Assembly (NCBI GenBank): GCA_964514375.1
Contig: CAZEQH010000001.1
Coordinates: 17,303-81,302, forward strand
Direction of reading: 5' to 3'
Length of the DNA: 64,000 bases
DNA from: an uncultured Candidatus Saccharibacteria bacterium
Lineage (GTDB): Bacteria; Patescibacteriota; Minisyncoccia; Minisyncoccales; JANBVM01
Position numbers and translations under genes: made by a program. Positions 51,718 to 59,570 of this stretch are shown piece by piece. The notes below the pieces were generated by a model. That model saw only the letters and a program-made list of their open reading frames with translations. It ran no database searches and was not told the DNA's origin. Every line of letters starts with the position of its first letter. The stretch's first letter is position 1.

Positions 51718-51846
51718 CCGGTTTCTGGAAGAAACCTGGTAATCAGTCGTTAGCTTTTAGTAATTAGATTATTGCCGGCGTTTCGCGATAACAAAAATCT
51801 AAAAACTCATTACTAATTACCAATAACTATTCAGCTCCGCTGAATG

Positions 51847-51934
51847 TGCGGGTTTTACCCGACGAAGCTCGCCGCCGCCGAAGGCTAAGGTCGTACGTCG
51901 CCAAAGGCTATGACGACGGTGCGCGGGCGAAGGC
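51847..51934 (+). repeat. GC-rich tRNA-flanking repeat (5-prime flank type), copy 3
   Basis: 51869-51937 equals 1385-1453 except for 2 mismatches. Abuts tRNA-Val(GAC). Confidence 0.7.
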
Positions 51935-52008
51935 GGGCGATTAGCTCAGCTGGCTAGAGCGTCTGCTCGACACGCAGGAGGTCACAGGTTCAAGTCCTGT
52001 ATCGCCCA
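51935..52008 (+). tRNA. tRNA-Val (GAC) with C at position 33, CCA not encoded
   Basis: Acceptor GGGCGAT/ATCGCCC, anticodon stem TCTGC/GCAGG with loop TCGACAC, T-arm ACAGG-TTCAAGT-CCTGT. The only fold I find puts C, not U, at position 33. Confidence 0.7.
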
Positions 52009-52015
52009 CAAGAAG

Positions 52016-52759
52016 ATGGAAGAAGAGGTTAAAATCATTTATCAGGACGGCAGCCTTTTAGTAATAGACAAACCTCCCAAGGTTGCTGTTTTTTCAGAAG
52101 GAAACAGTCCGACCATAAGCTTAGTGCCTCTCCTCTTGAGGGTTTTCCCCCATCTTGAAGAAGTTGGAAAATCTCCGAGATATGGCATAATACATAGATT
52201 AGACAAAGAGACTTCAGGTATCTTGCTGGTTGCTAAAAACCAGTCGGCCCTGGAATTTTTCCAAAAACAGTTCCGGGAAAGGAAAGTTCTTAAGAAATAT
52301 ATTGCCCTGCTTTGGGGCAACCTCAAAGAAGAGCGGGGCGAAATTGAAACGCTTATAGGCCGTGCCCCGGGCAACCGCCTTAAGCAGAAGGCGTATTTAC
52401 CCCTTGAGCCTTCCGTGGCCGGAAAGAGAGATGCCGTCACGCATTACCGCGTGTTGAAGCGCTTTTCCCAGAAGGTTAGGGGTAGGGATTATTATTACAC
52501 ATTGGTGGAGGCTTCGCCCAAGACGGGCAGGAAACACCAAATCAGGGCTCATTTTGCCTTTCTGAAACATCCGGTGGCCGGAGACAAGCTTTATTCTTTC
52601 AAAGACCAAACGGCTCCGAAATATCTTGACAGACAGTTTCTGCACGCCTCTTCTCTGGAAATAAGTCTTTTTGAAGGAGAGAAGCGAAAGACTTTTAATT
52701 CTTTCCTTCCGGATGACTTAAACATGGTTTTAAAAAATCTCGATGAATATTCTGGATAA
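52016..52759 (+). CDS. RluA-family pseudouridine synthase (no S4 domain)
   Basis: LVIDKP, HRLDKETSGILLVAK, KTGRKHQIRAH. 247 aa. Confidence 0.9.
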   Translation: MEEEVKIIYQDGSLLVIDKPPKVAVFSEGNSPTISLVPLLLRVFPHLEEVGKSPRYGIIHRLDKETSGILLVAKNQSALEFFQKQFRERKVLKKYIALLWGNLKEERGEIETLIGRAPGNRLKQKAYLPLEPSVAGKRDAVTHYRVLKRFSQKVRGRDYYYTLVEASPKTGRKHQIRAHFAFLKHPVAGDKLYSFKDQTAPKYLDRQFLHASSLEISLFEGEKRKTFNSFLPDDLNMVLKNLDEYSG

Positions 52760-53006
52760 ACTAAGAGGCAGGACTGAAGAGCAAAAAAAAATAATCGTCT
52801 GGGCGATTGTGATAGTATTCGGAATCCTCCTTTTTAATTTTTATTTAAAGGCAGCTGTTGAGAAAATAAAAAAGGAGGGCATTGAAGACATCGGGAGTCA
52901 AATGCAGTTTCCCGACATAGAAAAGATGATAAACGATATGCCGAATCCAGGCGATATTAAATCTCTGCCGTCGGGGACACTGCCGTTTCTTAAAGAAAAT
53001 CCATAA
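52743..53006 (+). CDS. Small single-pass membrane protein
   Basis: 87 aa, one TM helix. Overlaps the RluA-type gene end by 17 nt and ends 2 nt before gyrA. Confidence 0.4.
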   Translation: MNILDKLRGRTEEQKKIIVWAIVIVFGILLFNFYLKAAVEKIKKEGIEDIGSQMQFPDIEKMINDMPNPGDIKSLPSGTLPFLKENP

Positions 53007-53008
53007 TT

Positions 53009-55540
53009 ATGGCTGAGAAAAAAGAAAAGAATAACAAACAAAATAAGGAGAAAAATAAGGAAGGAGAGGGGAAGGAGAACGTGAGGTTTCAGATAGGGAG
53101 CGTCAGAGACAGAGAGATAGTTCAGGAAATGAGAGAGTCCTACATAGATTATGCCATGTCGGTCATCATCTCCCGGGCTCTACCCGATGTGAGGGACGGC
53201 TTAAAGCCCGTCCAGAGAAGAATACTGTACGCCATGCTTGAGGAGGGCCTTAAGCACGATGCTAAAACCAGAAAATCCGCTACGGTGGTGGGAAGCGTTT
53301 TGGGCAAATATCATCCTCACGGCGACCAGGCCGTGTACGGCGCCGCCGTCAGGATGGCGCAGGATTTTTCCCTGAGATATCCTCTTATCCAGGGGCAGGG
53401 AAACATGGGTTCCATTGACGATCCCAGCGAGTTTGCCGCTATGAGGTATACCGAGATGAGACTCTCGAGGCCAGGAGAGGAGATACTGAAGGACATCGGC
53501 AAGGACACCGTGGATTTCATTGACAACTACGATGGCACCAGAACGGAGCCCGTAGTCCTGCCTTCTCCCTTACCGCAGCTCCTGCTTAACGGATGCGTAG
53601 GAATTGCCGTCGGTATGGCTACCAATATTCCTCCCCACAACCTTAATGAATTGTGCGACTCCTTGATATATCTCTTAGACCACAAGGATGCGGACACGGA
53701 AGACATTTTTGAATTTATCCAGGGGCCTGATTTTCCTACAGGCGGCTATATCTATAACAAGGAGGGCATTATTGAGGCCTATTCCCAGGGCAAGGGACCC
53801 ATACTGGTCAGAGGAAAGACAGACATAGTGGAGAAGAGGAGCGGGGGTCATAAGATTGTCATTACCGAAATTCCTTTCCAGGTCCAAAAGTCCACCTTGC
53901 TGGCGCAGTTCGCCAAGCTGGTAGCAGACGGCAGGATACAAGGTGTAAAGGATATCCGCGACGAATCTGATAAGGAAGGCATGAGAATAGTGCTGGAGCT
54001 GAAAAAGGGAACAAGCCCGAGTAGAATCCTGAACAGACTTTTTAAATTCACAGACCTTCAGAAGAAGTTTCACTTGAATATGGTGTCCCTGGTTAACGGC
54101 ATTCAACCTAGAACGTTAAACTTTGTTGAGGTGCTGGAGTATTTTCTGGAGCACAGGAAGGACGTGGTTACCAGAAGGAGCCGCTACGAACTGCAGAAAG
54201 CCAAGGAGAGAGCCCATATATTAGAGGGTCTCCATAAGTGCCTGGCTCATATAGACGAGGTTATCCGGATTATCAAAAAATCGGAAGACAGAGAGGATGC
54301 CCGCAAGAACCTAATGAAGCGTTTTAAACTTACCGAAATTCAGGCCAACGCCATCCTGGACACGAAACTGGCCTCTCTGGCCAAACTGGAGAGGAAGAAC
54401 ATAGAAGATGAACTGAAGAGTCTAGAGGCCAGTATCAAGGGGCTGGTTGAGCTTCTTAAGAGTCCCGCGAAAATAAAGAAGGTTATCAAAAAAGAGCTGG
54501 AGCAGCTTAAGAAGGATTTCGGGGACGAGAGGAGGACCCAACTCTTTGAACAGAAGATAGGACAGATCGCTGAAGAAGACCTTATTCCCAAAGAAGAAAC
54601 AATTATTACTCTCACTCAGGGAGGGTATATTAAGAGAATTAATCCCAAGACCTATAAAATCCAGAGGAGAGGAGGTAAGGGATTGTTGGGCATGAAGACG
54701 GTGGGAGAGGATATTGTAGAGCACCTCCTTACGGCCAATACCCATGACTATCTTCTTTTCTTCACGGATTCAGGGAAGGTTTTCAGGATTCCTACCTATG
54801 AAATTCCGGAAGGGAGCAGGGTGGCTAAGGGAAGGGGCATATTGAATTTTCTTGAACTGTCTTCTGAAGAAAAAGTGCTGTCTATTATACCCTTAGGTAA
54901 GGACATACAGGAATTGGATTTTCAATACCTGACCATGGTAACAAAGAATGGCCTCATTAAGAGGACTTCTCTGCAGAAATTTAAGAATATCAGAAGGTCT
55001 GGTTTGATAGCCATCTCTCTTAAAAAGGGAGATTTACTCTGCCGGGTTTGTAAGACGGCCGGGGAAGATGAGATGATAATAGTAACCAGGAAAGGTAAGG
55101 CGATAAGGTTTAAGGAAAAGGACGTCAGGTCCATGGGACGGTCGGCAGCCGGAGTAAAGGGTATTAATCTTGGGAAAGGAGACGAAGTGGTAGTCATGGA
55201 TGTTATTTCCAGGAAAAGACTGGAAGATAAGAAAATATCAGACCATTTACTTGTAGTAAGCGAAAACGGCTACGGGAAAAGGACAGCCATCAAAGAATAC
55301 CGGGTTCAGACCAGAGGAGGAGTAGGTTTAATTACCGCCAAAACTACCAAAAAGATAGGCGACCTTGTTTCTGCCAAGATACTTACGGGGGTTGAAGAAG
55401 ACTTAATAGCCATTTCCACTCAGGGACAGGTTATCAGGGTTAAAGCAGGCTCTATCTCCAAGCTGAGCAGGGCTACCCAGGGTGTAAGAATTATGAAGCT
55501 TGATGAAGGAGACAGCATCGCCTCAATAGTCTGCGTGTAA
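53009..55540 (+). CDS. gyrA: DNA gyrase subunit A
   Basis: [27 protein letters not shown] (catalytic Tyr), C-terminal beta-pinwheel repeats. 843 aa. Confidence 0.97.
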   Translation: MAEKKEKNNKQNKEKNKEGEGKENVRFQIGSVRDREIVQEMRESYIDYAMSVIISRALPDVRDGLKPVQRRILYAMLEEGLKHDAKTRKSATVVGSVLGKYHPHGDQAVYGAAVRMAQDFSLRYPLIQGQGNMGSIDDPSEFAAMRYTEMRLSRPGEEILKDIGKDTVDFIDNYDGTRTEPVVLPSPLPQLLLNGCVGIAVGMATNIPPHNLNELCDSLIYLLDHKDADTEDIFEFIQGPDFPTGGYIYNKEGIIEAYSQGKGPILVRGKTDIVEKRSGGHKIVITEIPFQVQKSTLLAQFAKLVADGRIQGVKDIRDESDKEGMRIVLELKKGTSPSRILNRLFKFTDLQKKFHLNMVSLVNGIQPRTLNFVEVLEYFLEHRKDVVTRRSRYELQKAKERAHILEGLHKCLAHIDEVIRIIKKSEDREDARKNLMKRFKLTEIQANAILDTKLASLAKLERKNIEDELKSLEASIKGLVELLKSPAKIKKVIKKELEQLKKDFGDERRTQLFEQKIGQIAEEDLIPKEETIITLTQGGYIKRINPKTYKIQRRGGKGLLGMKTVGEDIVEHLLTANTHDYLLFFTDSGKVFRIPTYEIPEGSRVAKGRGILNFLELSSEEKVLSIIPLGKDIQELDFQYLTMVTKNGLIKRTSLQKFKNIRRSGLIAISLKKGDLLCRVCKTAGEDEMIIVTRKGKAIRFKEKDVRSMGRSAAGVKGINLGKGDEVVVMDVISRKRLEDKKISDHLLVVSENGYGKRTAIKEYRVQTRGGVGLITAKTTKKIGDLVSAKILTGVEEDLIAISTQGQVIRVKAGSISKLSRATQGVRIMKLDEGDSIASIVCV

Positions 55541-55573
55541 GATTATTAAGGATAAACAGCAAGGATTCCCTCA

Positions 55574-55596
55574 CCCTCTTTATAAAGAGGGTTTTG
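55574..55596 (+). terminator. Intrinsic terminator after gyrA
   Basis: CCCTCTTTA/TAAAGAGGG followed by TTTT. Confidence 0.7.
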
Positions 55597-55669
55597 TTGT
55601 TGAAAAAGACTTTTACAAAAACCCTAAAGACGGTAAAATGAAATAAATACCTAATAAAAAAACAGAATT

Positions 55670-56179
55670 ATGGCTTTTCTTAATCCACAGAAGATATTAG
55701 AGCTCCTGGGAATAAAGGAAAATTATACTGCCGCAGATTTTGGCTCCGGCTCAGGTGGCTGGGTTATCCCACTGGCCAGATTATTGACCCGCGGTAAGAT
55801 TTATGCCGTTGATATTCTGGAAGAGCCGCTTTCTGCCATGAGAAGCAAATTGAAACTGGAGAAGCTGCTGAATGTAGAGACTGTTAAGGCAGACGTGGAA
55901 AAAAATTCCCGTCTGCTAACCGGCAGCTGCGACCTGGTTCTAATGACCAATCTCCTGTTTGAGGTAGAAAACAAGGATAGGGTTTTTGAAGAAGCTAAGA
56001 GAGTAATGAAATCAGGAGGTAAACTTTTAATAGTGGACTGGAAAAGAGATGCTCCGCTCAGCCCTGCCACTTCCGTTTCCCCAGAGGAGATAAGAGGAAA
56101 GGCGGAGAAGGCAGGCTTCACTCTGGAAAAAGAACTTGACGCAGGCTTTTATCACTGGGGTTTAATCTTCAAAAAATGA
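55670..56179 (+). CDS. Class I SAM-dependent methyltransferase
   Basis: Motif I DFGSGSGGW. Post-I acidic residue (AVDILE). 169 aa. ATGA overlap with the next gene. Confidence 0.8.
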   Translation: MAFLNPQKILELLGIKENYTAADFGSGSGGWVIPLARLLTRGKIYAVDILEEPLSAMRSKLKLEKLLNVETVKADVEKNSRLLTGSCDLVLMTNLLFEVENKDRVFEEAKRVMKSGGKLLIVDWKRDAPLSPATSVSPEEIRGKAEKAGFTLEKELDAGFYHWGLIFKK

Positions 56180-57717
56180 AGTTAAAAGAATCATCTCTTG
56201 AGAGAACTGGTCAATTTTTAATTTTAATGACGCCTCTTATTTTGGCGTCTTTGTTTTTTTCTTTTGAAATCTCAGCTCAGAGTTGTGTTCCAGCCAGGGG
56301 CGACGCATGCGTGCCCAGAATACTAATTGACTGCTGCAGTCCTTTAAGGTGCACTAACCATAACGGCGGAATATGTTATCTTCCAGGAGCCGGCTTATCG
56401 AGGGGAGAGACGTGCTATTCTGGCCAGGAGTGCACTACGGGCCTTTCCTGCACGGGAGGCGTGTGCTGTGACACTAGCCTGGACTTAGGGGGAGGCAGCG
56501 CCTGCTACTGTAGCGGAGAGTGTGCTTCAAATAATTGTTCAGGAGGCGTTTGTACAAATCCCCAGTGTTCAAATTTCCCCAATTGTTTTTGCTGTCCCAG
56601 ATTTGAACCAGGGTGTGATGAGTCAGATTGCGGTATGTCTTATGGTAGTTTTTCAAAAGATTCAAGCAAAAACTGTCCTATTTTAGGAGGAAGACCTTCT
56701 GAGTGCTGCTGCGGTGATTGTGCTTTACTGGGAAAATCCTGCTCTTCTTATAGTTGTTGTCCCGATGCCGTTTGCCTGGGTGGCATATGTAAAAATGAAC
56801 ACTTCAGGGGTGAGAGTTGCGACCCATCATATTATTTCTGCAGCAGTGGTTTGAACTGTGTCGGCACCACCTGCTGTGATCCGGCTCTTTCCCTGCCGGG
56901 AAACTCTGTCTGTTACTGTGACGACGAATGTGATTCCGGTCAGTGTACTGGCGGTCATTGTTATATAGACCCCTGTGAAGGAGTGGACTGCGGTTCCTGC
57001 GCCTACTGCAGCGGCGGTAATTGCCTGGATTATTGTTCCGGCAGCAATGATGACTGCGGCTGCAGTTCCTGCGTTGACTGTGATACCTTGGACGGATGGG
57101 TCAATGAAGGAACACCCTTTAATTGCTGTGATGGAGAAGACAGGGTCTGTATGTGCCGGAATCAAACTAATCGCGATTATTACTGTTCAGGTACCTCATG
57201 TTCTTTCTCCACGGTCGGCAGCAGGGTGGCACAAAGTAGCTGTTACGACTGTCCTTCGGGCAGATATTGCGCGGAAGGCACAGGATGTCTGCTTCCCCAG
57301 ACCAGGGGAGAAGCCTGCAGTCCTTCTGCTCCTTGTAATGCGGGGCTGGACTGTGTGGACGGAGCGTGCTGTGACCCCGCTATCGCTCTCAGCGGTGGGA
57401 CGTCTTGTTATTGTAACGACGAATGCATCTCCGGGGATTGCGAGAATGGACAATGTGCCTCCGGTATCGTGATTATGAACCCTGTTCCGGGTACGGATTT
57501 AGCGGACATTATCAAAAATATAATAAACTTTATCTTTACAGCCTCGCTTTTCATAGCACCCCTGATGATAATTATAGCTGCCTTCGTGCTGGCTACCGCT
57601 GCCGGAGATACCGTTAAGGTGGATACAGCCAAGAAAATAATCTTATGGACCGTCGTGGGGTTTTTAGTAGTATTACTGTCCAAGGGTATCTTTCAGGCAG
57701 TTCAGGGCCTCTTTTAA
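56176..57717 (+). CDS. Giant Cys-rich secreted domain (three ~50-aa repeats) fused to a C-terminal two-helix VirB2/TrbC-pilin-like module
   Basis: Signal-like N-terminus. My hand count is 72 Cys between residues 36 and 430. Repeats at aa 76-126, 211-262 and 377-427. C-terminal helix-AAGDTVKVDTAKK-helix. Confidence 0.75.
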   Translation: MKLKESSLERTGQFLILMTPLILASLFFSFEISAQSCVPARGDACVPRILIDCCSPLRCTNHNGGICYLPGAGLSRGETCYSGQECTTGLSCTGGVCCDTSLDLGGGSACYCSGECASNNCSGGVCTNPQCSNFPNCFCCPRFEPGCDESDCGMSYGSFSKDSSKNCPILGGRPSECCCGDCALLGKSCSSYSCCPDAVCLGGICKNEHFRGESCDPSYYFCSSGLNCVGTTCCDPALSLPGNSVCYCDDECDSGQCTGGHCYIDPCEGVDCGSCAYCSGGNCLDYCSGSNDDCGCSSCVDCDTLDGWVNEGTPFNCCDGEDRVCMCRNQTNRDYYCSGTSCSFSTVGSRVAQSSCYDCPSGRYCAEGTGCLLPQTRGEACSPSAPCNAGLDCVDGACCDPAIALSGGTSCYCNDECISGDCENGQCASGIVIMNPVPGTDLADIIKNIINFIFTASLFIAPLMIIIAAFVLATAAGDTVKVDTAKKIILWTVVGFLVVLLSKGIFQAVQGLF

Positions 57718-57741
57718 GACAACGAAGTTTTGTGGTAAAAT
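57713..57741 (+). promoter_or_regulatory. Possible extended -10 promoter for the 113-aa pilin-module gene
   Basis: TGGTAAAAT (57733-57741) with a weak -35 TTTAAG 17 nt upstream. Confidence 0.35.
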
Positions 57742-57771
57742 CTTATAAGCAGGCAGAAACAGGCAAAAATT

Positions 57772-58113
57772 ATGAAAAATTTAAATTTTAATAATTTCGC
57801 TACTTTAGTTATTACAGGCCTTCTCCTTGGCTCAGTTGTTTGGGGCCAGTCCGTTTCTTTGCCTAATCCTCTGGAGGCGAACAGTTTCGAAGAATTGATA
57901 GACAGTGTCATTAATATTATCTTTTATCTTGCCCTTCTGCTTGCCCCACTGATGGTAATCGTGGCCGGGTTTTTATTTGTTACAGCCGCAGGTGACCCAA
58001 ACAGGGTAACCGCTGCCAAGAGGATAATTCTTTGGACAGCCGTAGGGTTCCTTATTGTTTTGCTTTCCAAGGGTATTTTCCAAGCCGTCACAGGGTTGCT
58101 GTCCTCTCCGTAA
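57772..58113 (+). CDS. Minimal pilin-module family member (signal peptide + two-helix module)
   Basis: 113 aa. ...FYLALLLAPLMVIVAGFLFVTAAGDPNRVTAAKRIILWTAVGFLIVLLSKGIFQAV is almost colinear with the C-terminus of the 513-aa protein. Confidence 0.7.
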   Translation: MKNLNFNNFATLVITGLLLGSVVWGQSVSLPNPLEANSFEELIDSVINIIFYLALLLAPLMVIVAGFLFVTAAGDPNRVTAAKRIILWTAVGFLIVLLSKGIFQAVTGLLSSP

Positions 58114-58203
58114 ATGGAACTTGATTTCCAATACTTTGACAATATTGTATAATCTATATAAAGGTTGTTATAATATAACATTAATAGGAGGAACCAATTC
58201 GAT

Positions 58204-58701
58204 ATGAAAGACTATAAAAAAAATATCTTTCTTTTCTTGATACCGGTTTTATCTTTGATGGCTATGCCTGGTATGGTCTTTGCCCAGCCTCTTCAATGCT
58301 GTAAACTGTCTTCTGCTGTGGAATTTGACGGGCAAACCTTTAGCTCAGGAATCTGGCTGGCAGAACATCAAAACACAAATTGCGACGGCGTCTCAGGAAA
58401 TGAAATCGGAGCCGTTACTTGCAGTCCAACCAACGCCAATATTACCGCTTCCTGTGCTACGCCAAAATGGGGTATAATATGCCTGTTGAATTCAATAATT
58501 ACTATTACCAACTGGATATTCTATATCTTGGTGGTTATGACCGGTTTCCTGGTTATCCTTGGCGGATTTACGATTGCCACAGCCGGAGGCGACCCTTCTA
58601 ATGTGGATAAAGGGAAAAACTACATCCTCTATGCTATGGTTGGTTTGGCCGTTGCTCTATTGTCACGAGCCATACCGGCAGTAGTAAAGGCATTAGTCTA
58701 G
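58204..58701 (+). CDS. Pilin-module family member with a small Cys-containing ectodomain
   Basis: Signal peptide ending VFAQP. ~70-aa domain with 6 Cys. Module ...GGFTIATAGGDPSNVDKGKNYILYAMVGLAVALLSRAIPAVV. AGGAGG RBS 9 nt upstream. Confidence 0.7.
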   Translation: MKDYKKNIFLFLIPVLSLMAMPGMVFAQPLQCCKLSSAVEFDGQTFSSGIWLAEHQNTNCDGVSGNEIGAVTCSPTNANITASCATPKWGIICLLNSIITITNWIFYILVVMTGFLVILGGFTIATAGGDPSNVDKGKNYILYAMVGLAVALLSRAIPAVVKALV

Positions 58702-58753
58702 ATTTAATGAAAATTTAAAAGGTCGATAAAAGTTTTTAAAGAGGAAAATTAAA

Positions 58754-59164
58754 ATGAATAAGAAAATAGTTTCCAGCGTACTTGTGGCTGGCATGATGGC
58801 AGGAACCTTGGTTCCTATGCTAGCCTTAGCCCAGCCCCAGACCGGATGCACCCTAAAACACGACATTGAGGGCTTTACCGCAGATGGATGTACTTCAGGA
58901 GCCTCTATAAATGAAAGCAATCCCATTTGGGGTATTTGCTGCATTATGGATGCAGTACTGACCGTTACCGACTGGATATTCTACGGCTTATTGGTGGTAA
59001 CTGCCCTGTTGGTTATTTGGGGCGGATTCACTATCGCCACAGCCGGCGGCAGCCCTGATAAGGTGGGAGAAGGAAGAAACTACATCCTCTACGCCATGAT
59101 TGGTTTGGCCGTTGCTCTATTGTCACGAGCCATACCGGCAGTAGTGAGAGCTTTGATTTCTTAA
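58754..59164 (+). CDS. Pilin-module family member with a small Cys-containing ectodomain
   Basis: Signal peptide ending LALAQP. Module ...GGFTIATAGGSPDKVGEGRNYILYAMIGLAVALLSRAIPAVV. 46 nt identical to the 3-prime part of the preceding gene. Confidence 0.7.
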   Translation: MNKKIVSSVLVAGMMAGTLVPMLALAQPQTGCTLKHDIEGFTADGCTSGASINESNPIWGICCIMDAVLTVTDWIFYGLLVVTALLVIWGGFTIATAGGSPDKVGEGRNYILYAMIGLAVALLSRAIPAVVRALIS

Positions 59165-59189
59165 AAACCTGAACGAACGAAGAAAATTA

Positions 59190-59219
59190 AATCAACCCCG
59201 TTCAACGGGGTTGATTTTG
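59190..59219 (+). terminator. Intrinsic terminator after the pilin-module cluster
   Basis: AATCAACCCCG-TTCAA-CGGGGTTGATT followed by TT. Confidence 0.75.
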
Positions 59220-59239
59220 TTCTATTTTACGGTTAAAAT
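59211..59239 (+). promoter_or_regulatory. Sigma70-like promoter for tRNA-Leu(UAG)
   Basis: TTGATT (59211-59216, inside the terminator 3-prime arm), 17-nt spacer, TAAAAT (59234-59239). The tRNA starts at 59252. Confidence 0.4.
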
Positions 59240-59251
59240 TAGGAAGCATTC

Positions 59252-59333
59252 GCCCTCGTGGTGGAACAGGTATACACGCAGCGCTTAGGACGCTGTCCCT
59301 TCAGGGTTGCAGGTTCAAATCCTGCCGAGGGCA
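59252..59333 (+). tRNA. tRNA-Leu (UAG), long variable arm, CCA not encoded
   Basis: Acceptor GCCCTCG/CGAGGGC, anticodon stem CAGCG/CGCTG with loop CTTAGGA, T-arm GCAGG-TTCAAAT-CCTGC. Confidence 0.85.
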
Positions 59334-59417
59334 CCCTTCGACTACGCTCAGGGCAAGCTCCTTCGACTCGCTTCGCTCGCTCCCGCCTATTCGGCGAGGC
59401 AAAGCAGAGCAAGATCC
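59334..59417 (+). repeat. tRNA 3-prime trailer repeat, double copy (CCTTCGACT at 59335 and 59360)
   Basis: CCCTTCGACTACGCTCAGGGCAAGCTCCTTCGACTCGCTTCGCTCGCTCCCGCC...GGCGAGGCAAAGC. Its reverse complement resembles the 5-prime flank repeats. Confidence 0.6.
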
Positions 59418-59483
59418 TTTCTTTTGACAAGCTCAGGATAAATAACAATCCATTTTGCTAAAGCTTTGGAGTGCGAAACACCC

Positions 59484-59511
59484 AAAAACCCTCCGTAACG
59501 GAGGGTTTTTA
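59484..59511. terminator. Bidirectional intrinsic terminator (tRNA-Leu on + / hsp20 on -)
   Basis: AAAACCCTCCG-TAA-CGGAGGGTTTT. Confidence 0.75.
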
Positions 59512-59570
59512 GTAATGAGAATTAAGAGTTGTTAGTAATGAATTTCTAGTTATTTTTATATCTTTTAACC

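Noticed and set aside
58136-58153. TTGACA followed by TATAAT upstream of the 165-aa pilin-module gene
   Set aside because: The two hexamers are only 6 nt apart, so they cannot form one sigma70 promoter. A downstream TGTTATAAT (58166-58174) is a possible extended -10, but I could not support it further.
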